This document shows, piece by piece, positions 54,085 to 61,418 of a stretch of DNA of 61,418 nucleotides; positions within the stretch are counted from its first letter, which is position 1, and the number at the start of each line of letters is the position of its first letter. Location: positions 1 to 61,418 of the forward strand of contig JANYAP010000019.1 of NCBI GenBank assembly GCA_025361285.1, written 5' to 3'. Source of the DNA: Bacteroidales bacterium (lineage in GTDB: Bacteria > Bacteroidota > Bacteroidia > Bacteroidales > JAAUTT01). The notes under the pieces were generated by a model. That model was not told where the DNA came from. It saw only the letters and a list, made by a program, of their open reading frames with translations, and ran no database searches. The position numbers were made by a program, and so were the translations under genes.

Positions 54085-54429
54085 ATGACAATGCAGACAA
54101 AAAAAGCTGACGGAGACGAAAAGCCTAAATTTCAGTCGTTTACTGTTGACGAAACAACGTATCAAACCCTGTTAACGCCATCATTCGAAAAGCGTAAAAA
54201 TTGGGTAAAGCCCGATGAGAAAAAGATTCTTTCATCGTTACCAGGCACAGCCATACAAGTAAACGTTAAAAAAGGCGATAAAGTTAAGGTTGGGCAAACA
54301 GTTCTTATTTTCGAAGCAATGAAAATGATGAATACTGTAACTGCCTATCAGGATGGCGTTATTAAGGATATTTACGTTAAACCAGGCGACAAATTTTCGA
54401 AAAATCATTTGATTTTCGAATTCGAATAA
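54085..54429 (+). CDS. Biotin carboxyl carrier protein
   Basis: EAMKM biotinylation motif. Confidence 0.92.
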   Translation: MTMQTKKADGDEKPKFQSFTVDETTYQTLLTPSFEKRKNWVKPDEKKILSSLPGTAIQVNVKKGDKVKVGQTVLIFEAMKMMNTVTAYQDGVIKDIYVKPGDKFSKNHLIFEFE

Positions 54430-54451
54430 AGTAAAGAACAATTAATACGAG

Positions 54452-54482
54452 AGGGTGGGATACAAAAATATCTCGCCCTTTT
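54452..54482 (+). terminator. Intrinsic terminator
   Basis: AGGGTGGGATA...TATCTCGCCCT followed by TTT. Confidence 0.7.
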
Positions 54483-54532
54483 GTTGTTTATATATGTTAA
54501 TTGTTTAATAAACAAGTATATAACTTAACTTT

Positions 54533-55048
54533 CTATTCCTTATACCAGCCAGCATACATCTTGTAATTATTGGCTATTTTTTGTATCATGTCGGCAGTTT
54601 GTTGAGGCTCAATGTCTTTAAGTTTTTTTGCCGGATTTCCACCCCAAACGCTATTTGGCTCAACCACGGTGTTCGATAGCACAATTGCTCCTGCAGCTAT
54701 AATTGAGTTTTCGCCAATTACGGCATAATCCATAACAATAGCGCCCATGCCCACCAATACATTCGACGATATTTTTGCCCCGTGAATGACTGCGTTGTGC
54801 GCAATGGAAACATTATCGCCAATTTCCACAACCGATTTCTGATAAAGCGTGTGCAACACTGCACCATCCTGTATGTTAACGTTGTTGCCTAGTCGTATCG
54901 AATTTACATCGCCGCGCAAAACGGTGTTGAACCAAATACTGCAATCGTTTCCTATTACAACATCGCCAATAATGGTTGCGTTTTCGGCTAGGTAACAGTC
55001 GTTTCCAATAATAGGAGTAAAACCTCGTACCGATTTAATTAGAGCCAT
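54533..55048 (-). CDS. Gamma carbonic anhydrase family protein
   Basis: LRGD, NIQD, three His ligands, hexapeptide repeats. Confidence 0.93.
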   Translation of the reverse strand: MALIKSVRGFTPIIGNDCYLAENATIIGDVVIGNDCSIWFNTVLRGDVNSIRLGNNVNIQDGAVLHTLYQKSVVEIGDNVSIAHNAVIHGAKISSNVLVGMGAIVMDYAVIGENSIIAAGAIVLSNTVVEPNSVWGGNPAKKLKDIEPQQTADMIQKIANNYKMYAGWYKE

Positions 55049-55075
55049 ATTTTATTTATAAATTTTATAACTACT

Positions 55076-55888
55076 TTATTGCCATTCGTTTAGACTAACT
55101 GTTCTTTCGAAATCATCTATCCCTTCAACGTCGGGGCAAAAGTTAATTCCTGTTAAATTCTCTACCGAATCTATCGAAACCGCAAAGTCGAAAATTGACT
55201 TGTCGGAGCCTTCGTTTTTCATAACAAACGCAATGGTTTTGTAGGTTGGCGTCGATATATCAACAATTATCTTATAGTATAACAATGGAATACCAATCTT
55301 GTTGTTTATGCCAATGGTTGGCAAGTTGTTGGTAAGTACTGGCCCCGTTATTACTACAATGCTATCGTTTGCCAACGCCCACTCGCGCACTTTTTCTTCG
55401 AGATTTTTCCATATACCTCGGTTGAAACTAGGTACTTGCGGACTCATATTAGTCATAAAAAATGTTTCGTCCATGGTTGTTTCGCTCCATGTCATATCGC
55501 CCGACGGGCATAAATGACCTTTATCGTAGCCGCTTCCTTTATAATCGTCGGGTATTGCCGAACCAGTTAAAATTTGATTGTCTTCGCGAAAATGATCCTT
55601 TCGCGCAACAACTTTGTTTTCAACCATATTATTGGTAAGAAGGTACATAACCCATTCGGCTTGTTCGTACTTTTCGTTATACTCTAAAGTAAATGCCGAA
55701 TATGTAACTACTTGACCTACTGCTCCATCTTTTGGATAAGCGGTTATTATCGATTTTAAATTAGTGCTAACTTTTACAATATCAGGCTCTTCGACTTTAC
55801 TGCTACACATCCAAAGCCAAATGGAAGCAACAACTATTAAAAAAATAATGGCGACAATTTTATTCATAAAATATACGTAAAGAGACAA
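55076..55888 (-). CDS. DNA/RNA non-specific endonuclease (NucA/EndoG type), membrane anchored
   Basis: YDKGHL, NMSPQ, FNRGIWxxLE. Confidence 0.92.
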   Translation of the reverse strand: MSLYVYFMNKIVAIIFLIVVASIWLWMCSSKVEEPDIVKVSTNLKSIITAYPKDGAVGQVVTYSAFTLEYNEKYEQAEWVMYLLTNNMVENKVVARKDHFREDNQILTGSAIPDDYKGSGYDKGHLCPSGDMTWSETTMDETFFMTNMSPQVPSFNRGIWKNLEEKVREWALANDSIVVITGPVLTNNLPTIGINNKIGIPLLYYKIIVDISTPTYKTIAFVMKNEGSDKSIFDFAVSIDSVENLTGINFCPDVEGIDDFERTVSLNEWQ

Positions 55889-56204
55889 TTACTGTAACTT
55901 TAACTTTTTTGAGTTTGTAAAATTACTAAAACATAACCGACTTTTATCACCGACTCGATGTGTTAGTTTAATCTATTTATTTCTCAATATAAGCAATATT
56001 TAAAATTTATGTTTTATAACCTAATGTCGTACAACACAACCTTTGCGAAAATTGAGTAACTTAACATATTAATTTTGTAATTGTTATGTGCTAATTATAA
56101 AAAACTTCTAGCACTACTGGATATAAAGCATATAGGCATCTTTTATTACTTTATTAGCTAGTTTTGTGTAATTTTAAACGAGGTCATTAACGTAACTTTC
56201 CTTT

Positions 56205-58052
56205 ATGAGTAATCGGGCAAAAGTACAAGAGATTGAAGATGTTGTTGTTAAGTTTGTAGGTGATTCGGGCGATGGCATGCAGTTAACTGGAACTCTGTTT
56301 TCGGATGCGGCCGTTAAGGCTGGCAACGATATGGCTACTTTTCCCGATTTTCCGGCCGAAATACGCGCTCCGCTCAATACCGTTGCGGGAGTATCGGGTT
56401 TTCAGGTACATATTGGCAGCAGTAAAATTCATACCTCTGGCGATTATTGCGATGTGCTGGTAGCCATGAACCCCGCGTCGCTTAAAGCAAACCTTAAATG
56501 GGTTAAGCCTGGAGCAACTATAATTGTTGATATTGACACGTTCGAAGAGAAGGCGTTTGCGAAAGCGGGTTACGACTCTAACCCATTGGATAACGGTAGT
56601 TTAGATTCGTACTACATTCTTAAAGCTCCTGTTTCGTCGATGACTAAGGCTGCGCTTACCGACTTGCCCGTTGATACCAAAATGGCCGACAAAACACGTA
56701 ACATGTTCGCTTTGGGGTTAATGCTATACATTTTTAACCGCCAGCTCGAACCTACCATTAAGTATATTAACAACAAATTCGGCAAAAATCTTCCAGTTCT
56801 TGAAGCTAATGTTGCTGTTCTTAACGCAGGATACAATTATGCCGACACCATTGAGGCGCTTCCATCGATTTATAATATTGCTCCAGCGGTAATTGAAAAG
56901 GGTAAGTACCGAAATATCACTGGTAATATAGCTGCCGCTTGGGGTTTGCTGGCTGCGTCCGAACGTTCGGCGCGTCCTTTATTTTTAGGCTCGTACCCAA
57001 TTACACCGGCTACCGATATTATGATTGAGTTGGCGCGTCATAAGTCGCTTGGTGCGAAAGTGTTTCAAGCCGAAGACGAAATTGCAGGTATATGCTCATC
57101 GCTTGGCGCAAGTTTTGCAGGTTCGTTGGCGGTTACAACCACGTCGGGGCCTGGCTTATCGCTTAAAAGCGAAGCCATTGGATTGGCGGTAATTACCGAG
57201 TTGCCGATTGTAATTATCGATGTTCAGCGAGCGGGGCCTTCAACGGGAATGCCAACAAAATCGGAACAAGCCGATCTTTACCAAGCCCTGTTTGGTCGAA
57301 ATGGCGAGTGTCCAACGGTTGTAATGGCCGCTTCGTCGCCCGCCGATTGTTTTTATGCAGCTTTCGAAGCGGCTAAAATAGCCATGGAGCACATGACACC
57401 GGTTTTGTTGCTCTCCGACGGTTACATAGCCAATGGCTCGCAACTATTTAAAATACCGAAAGTTGCCGATTTGCCGGAAATTCATCCTCCTATTGCAAAA
57501 CCCAACGACCCCAATTATAAGCCTTTCCGCCGCGATCCCGAAACATTTGTGCGTCAATGGGCTTTCCCTGGAACCGAGGGTTTGCGCCACCGAGTGGGAG
57601 GTTTGGAAAAAGAAAACGGAATTGGCACTGTTTCTACCGACCCCAATAATCACCAATTGATGGTTGACATGCGGGAAGCGAAAGTTCAAAAAGTGTCGGA
57701 ATATATTGCTGATCAGAAAATTATTGGCGAGAATGAAGGCGATTTACTAATTGTTAGTTGGGGAGGCACTTTAGGAGCTATGACATCGGCTGTTGATACA
57801 CTTCAGAAGGAAGGTAAAAGTGTAAGTTTGGCTCATTTTAAGCATATTATGCCGTTGCCCAAAAATACAGCTAACGTATTAAAAGGCTTTAAAAAAATAT
57901 TAGTGTGCGAATTAAATAGCGGTCAGTTTGTTAACTACCTGCGAATGAAACACCACGAACACTCTTATTTTCAATACAATAAGGTGCAAGGCTTACCCTT
58001 TATGGTTTCCGATTTAATTGCTAAGTTTAACCAAATGCTTAACGAAAAATGA
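56205..58052 (+). CDS. korA: 2-oxoacid:ferredoxin oxidoreductase alpha subunit (fused gamma-alpha, KorA type)
   Basis: GDSGDG, YPITP, QAEDE, QRAGPSTGMPT. Confidence 0.9.
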   Translation: MSNRAKVQEIEDVVVKFVGDSGDGMQLTGTLFSDAAVKAGNDMATFPDFPAEIRAPLNTVAGVSGFQVHIGSSKIHTSGDYCDVLVAMNPASLKANLKWVKPGATIIVDIDTFEEKAFAKAGYDSNPLDNGSLDSYYILKAPVSSMTKAALTDLPVDTKMADKTRNMFALGLMLYIFNRQLEPTIKYINNKFGKNLPVLEANVAVLNAGYNYADTIEALPSIYNIAPAVIEKGKYRNITGNIAAAWGLLAASERSARPLFLGSYPITPATDIMIELARHKSLGAKVFQAEDEIAGICSSLGASFAGSLAVTTTSGPGLSLKSEAIGLAVITELPIVIIDVQRAGPSTGMPTKSEQADLYQALFGRNGECPTVVMAASSPADCFYAAFEAAKIAMEHMTPVLLLSDGYIANGSQLFKIPKVADLPEIHPPIAKPNDPNYKPFRRDPETFVRQWAFPGTEGLRHRVGGLEKENGIGTVSTDPNNHQLMVDMREAKVQKVSEYIADQKIIGENEGDLLIVSWGGTLGAMTSAVDTLQKEGKSVSLAHFKHIMPLPKNTANVLKGFKKILVCELNSGQFVNYLRMKHHEHSYFQYNKVQGLPFMVSDLIAKFNQMLNEK

Positions 58053-59101
58053 ACAATCAATATACAATTACCAACCTAACGGTTGAGAAAAGCGAAACTC
58101 CGCTCAGCAAGGACGATTTTGTTAGCGATCAGATGGTGCGATGGTGCCCAGGGTGCGGTTCGCATGCAATTTTAAATTCGGTTGAAGCCGTTTTTCCTAA
58201 AATAGGTTACAAGAAGGAGAACTTCATGATTGTTTCGGGAATAGGTTGCTCGTCGCGATTTCCGTATTACGTTAATACTTACGGCTTTCATGGTATTCAT
58301 GGGCGTGCCTCGGCAATTGCCACTGGCGTGAAACTGGCCAATCCTGGTTTAAGCGTTTGGATTGCTACTGGCGATGGCGACTCGATGGCTATTGGTGGAA
58401 ACCATTTTATTCATCTTATAAGGCGAAATGTAGATGTAAATCTATTACTATTTAATAATCAGATATATGGCTTAACAAAAGGGCAATATTCTCCAACTTC
58501 TCCAATGGGAACGGTTACAAAAACCTCGCCGCAAGGTACTATAGAACACCCATTTAACCCTGGCGAATTAGTTATTGGTTCGCAAGGAACTTTTTTTGCG
58601 CGGGTAATCGACAGTAATCAAAAAATGATGACAGAAGTAATGTTCGAATCTGCACGCCACGATGGTACTTCGGTAATTGAGATACTCCAGAACTGTATTA
58701 TTTTTGCCGATAAAACACATGCAATGGTTACGTCGAAGGAGTTACGCGACGACCGTCAACTTCATTTAGAGGACGGCAAACCAATGCTTTTTGGTAAGGA
58801 TAAAACAAAAGGCATTCGTTTGAACGGAACTCACCTCGAAGCTGTTACCATTGGCGTTGATGGTATTACCGAAAAAGATATTTTAGTGCACGACCAATAC
58901 AGAGCCGACCCCGGTATTCATTTAATGCTTTCAAAAATGTCGCCACCCGAACTGCCTGTTGCACTTGGTGTTATCCGTTCGGCACGCTTTTCAACCTACG
59001 ACGATTTGGTTGAGGAACAGATACATTACGCAAAAGCAAATTCGAAAATTAAATGTGTTGACGATCTGCTAAATTCGGGAGATACGTTTACAATTGAGTG
59101 A
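58049..59101 (+). CDS. korB: 2-oxoacid:ferredoxin oxidoreductase beta subunit
   Basis: WCPGCG, SGIGCSS, GDGD, YGLTKGQ. Confidence 0.9.
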   Translation: MNNQYTITNLTVEKSETPLSKDDFVSDQMVRWCPGCGSHAILNSVEAVFPKIGYKKENFMIVSGIGCSSRFPYYVNTYGFHGIHGRASAIATGVKLANPGLSVWIATGDGDSMAIGGNHFIHLIRRNVDVNLLLFNNQIYGLTKGQYSPTSPMGTVTKTSPQGTIEHPFNPGELVIGSQGTFFARVIDSNQKMMTEVMFESARHDGTSVIEILQNCIIFADKTHAMVTSKELRDDRQLHLEDGKPMLFGKDKTKGIRLNGTHLEAVTIGVDGITEKDILVHDQYRADPGIHLMLSKMSPPELPVALGVIRSARFSTYDDLVEEQIHYAKANSKIKCVDDLLNSGDTFTIE

Positions 59102-59177
59102 AAACTAACCCATCAACAAACACAAACTAATATTTGCAATTAATTGAAAATTGCTGGATAGTTGGTAAGAAAGAGGG

Positions 59178-59208
59178 TTGATTAATTCAGCAAAAAATGC
59201 TATTTTTG
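59178..59208 (+). promoter_or_regulatory. Bacteroidota sigma-A promoter for the GH92 gene
   Basis: TTG-20 nt-TATTTTTG. Confidence 0.6.
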
Positions 59209-59237
59209 AGCAATTTAAAATTGTAATCAACATTGTT

Positions 59238-61418
59238 ATGACTACACCTACATTTTTATTCCATACTACTAGTAAAATAGTATTGCTAAAATTGTTTTTA
59301 ATGTCCTTTTGTCCACTTGTTTTTAGTCAAAATAGTCAAAAACAAGCGGTTGACTATATAAACCCTTTAATAGGAACCACTCACAAAGGTTTTGATCTTA
59401 AACCTGGCGATGGCTCGAAATATGCTCTCGAAGGTGGTGGCAAAATTCCGTGTACCGGTTTGCCTTTTGCAATGACGAATTTTGTTGCTCAAACCGGCGA
59501 AACAATGATTTCTAAACCAGCCTACACATACGAAGACTCCACCATACTGGGCTTTACCGCCACTCGCCAACCTACTTTATGGATGGGCGACTATGGATAT
59601 GTTTCTATTATGCCTCAAGTGGGTAATTTACAGGTACTTCCTCAGAAAAGAAAACTGAATTTTAAACACTCCGATGAAATATCGAAGCCTAATTATTATT
59701 CGGTAAAGCTTAATTTGCCTAATAAAAATCAAATAAAAGCCGAAATGACATCAACCGAGCGATGCGGAATGTTGCGGTTTACTTTTCCAAAATCCGAAAA
59801 CTCGCATTTTATTGTTCAGTCAATAAACGTTAACGACTCCATTTTGCCTTGGATTCAGTATGTTTCTTCTACCGAAAACCGATTAAAAAGCTATACTGCA
59901 TACATAAAAATTAATAAAGAAAGTGGCGAAATAGTTGGCTATAACCCCGATAGGGTAAGTTTAAATTTAGGGCCCGATTTAAAAAACTTTAAAGGTTGGT
60001 TTGTTATTCAATTCGAAAAACCCATAAATAATTGTGGAGTATGGAATAACAACGACCTTAATGCCAATATTTTAGAAAGTTATGGCAAGAAACGACTTGG
60101 GGCTTATGTAAGTTTTCCGACAAACAAAAACGAAGTGATAAAGGTTAAAATCGGCACATCGCTTATTAGTCTTGAGCAGGCACGCGAAAACCTTAAAGCC
60201 GAATTACCCGATTGGAATTTTGATAAAGTAGTTATAGATACTCGTGAGGCTTGGCAAAAGTGTATGGAATCGTTTGCTATTGAGGGTGTTAACGAAGATC
60301 AGAAGTCTGTTTTTTATACTGCACTATACCACACGCTTCAATACCCTAGAATTCTCTCGGAATATGGGAAATATTATAGCGCTTTCGACGACACTATACA
60401 CCAAGGAGTTTCGTACAACGACTATTCGCTATGGGACACATACAGGGCACTTCACCCATTGTTAATTTTTATTCAACCCAATAGAGTGGGCGATATGATT
60501 ACCTCCATGCTAAATATGTACAAAGAAGGCGGATGGTTGCCTATGCTGCCGAACCCTGCCGAAACTAACATTATGATTGGCACACATGCCGATGCCGTTA
60601 TTGCCGATGCATACGTTAAGGGCATTCGAAATTTCGATACAAACATAGCTTATGAAGCCATGCGTAAAAATGCCTTTATGCCTACCGAAGGCGATTTACT
60701 TCATTTCCGCAACGACGACCGGCAAGTTTGGTATGGCTACGAAGGCCGAGCCGGCTTGGCGTTTTATCATTCAATAGGTTATGTACCACACGATTATAAG
60801 ACAGAATCGGTTTCGCGAACAATTGAATATGGTATCGATGACTACTGCATTGCTCAAGTAGCTAAAGATTTAGGTAAAAACGAAGACTACAACAAACTCA
60901 TAAACTGGTCGAAAAGCTATAAGAATTTATACAATTCAAACACTGGTTTTTATGCCCCACGATTATATAGCGGAAATTGGGCAGTACCAACTGATGCAGG
61001 ATTTACCGAAGGCAGTCCGTGGACGTATCTTTTTGGTGCAATGCACGATGTTGACGGAATGATTGATATTATGGGAGGGAAGGAGAAGTTTGCCACTCGA
61101 TTAGACCAATGTTTTAACGGTAATTTTTACAGACACGACAACGAACCCTGCCATCATTACATTTATTTATACAACTATTGCAACCAACCTTGGAAAACGC
61201 AGGAATTGGCTCGCTATCATTCGAAGTTCAACTACCGTAATGCTCCAAATGGTGTCAATGGCAATGAGGACTCTGGTCAAATGTCGGCTTGGTATATATT
61301 TACCGTAATGGGATTTTATCCGGTTACGCCTGCATCGGGCATTTATGCTTTGGGGGCGCCACAATTTCCTAAGCTAACAATGAATTATACGGTTAACGGT
61401 AAGCCATGTAAATTGGAA
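59238..61418 (+). CDS. GH92 alpha-mannosidase-like protein (3' partial, absent from the ORF track)
   Basis: Spot-translated motifs VDYINPLIGT, WMGDYG, SLWDTYR, MIGTH, FTEG, HDNEP and GNEDSGQMSAW; start and late motif share a frame. Confidence 0.92.
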   Translation, partial: MTTPTFLFHTTSKIVLLKLFLMSFCPLVFSQNSQKQAVDYINPLIGTTHKGFDLKPGDGSKYALEGGGKIPCTGLPFAMTNFVAQTGETMISKPAYTYEDSTILGFTATRQPTLWMGDYGYVSIMPQVGNLQVLPQKRKLNFKHSDEISKPNYYSVKLNLPNKNQIKAEMTSTERCGMLRFTFPKSENSHFIVQSINVNDSILPWIQYVSSTENRLKSYTAYIKINKESGEIVGYNPDRVSLNLGPDLKNFKGWFVIQFEKPINNCGVWNNNDLNANILESYGKKRLGAYVSFPTNKNEVIKVKIGTSLISLEQARENLKAELPDWNFDKVVIDTREAWQKCMESFAIEGVNEDQKSVFYTALYHTLQYPRILSEYGKYYSAFDDTIHQGVSYNDYSLWDTYRALHPLLIFIQPNRVGDMITSMLNMYKEGGWLPMLPNPAETNIMIGTHADAVIADAYVKGIRNFDTNIAYEAMRKNAFMPTEGDLLHFRNDDRQVWYGYEGRAGLAFYHSIGYVPHDYKTESVSRTIEYGIDDYCIAQVAKDLGKNEDYNKLINWSKSYKNLYNSNTGFYAPRLYSGNWAVPTDAGFTEGSPWTYLFGAMHDVDGMIDIMGGKEKFATRLDQCFNGNFYRHDNEPCHHYIYLYNYCNQPWKTQELARYHSKFNYRNAPNGVNGNEDSGQMSAWYIFTVMGFYPVTPASGIYALGAPQFPKLTMNYTVNGKPCKLE

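Overview
AT-rich Bacteroidota chromosome window, most likely an anaerobic member of the Bacteroidales (inferred from gene content and TAnnTTTG promoters). Left to right: the right end of an IS66 element; a GH27 alpha-galactosidase lipoprotein flanked by a ~53-bp direct repeat; a DUF5916-type gene with two in-frame stops; an EF-G2 paralog divergent from the complete str-S10-spc-alpha ribosomal cluster (no tuf); enolase; a eukaryote-type citrate synthase; a UbiD-family decarboxylase; a propeller/Y_Y_Y/SpoIIE phosphatase sensor; cysE-cysK; a four-subunit and a two-subunit 2-oxoacid:ferredoxin oxidoreductase; orphan histidine kinases; glutaminyl cyclase; a decayed PIN toxin-antitoxin pair beside a Fic gene; nadC, rlmH, a damaged dinD, a carboxyltransferase plus biotin carrier, a gamma carbonic anhydrase-like gene, a NucA-type nuclease and a partial GH92. 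The best candidate for an undescribed system is an unannotated 22-aa leader peptide ending RCCW-stop (33921-33989) upstream of cysE-cysK. Its stop codon begins one arm of a 25-bp inverted repeat, and competing pairings exist, suggesting a ribosome-mediated cysteine-sensing attenuator. No rRNA, tRNA or CRISPR array was recognised. Family assignments come from motif recognition by eye, not from database searches.
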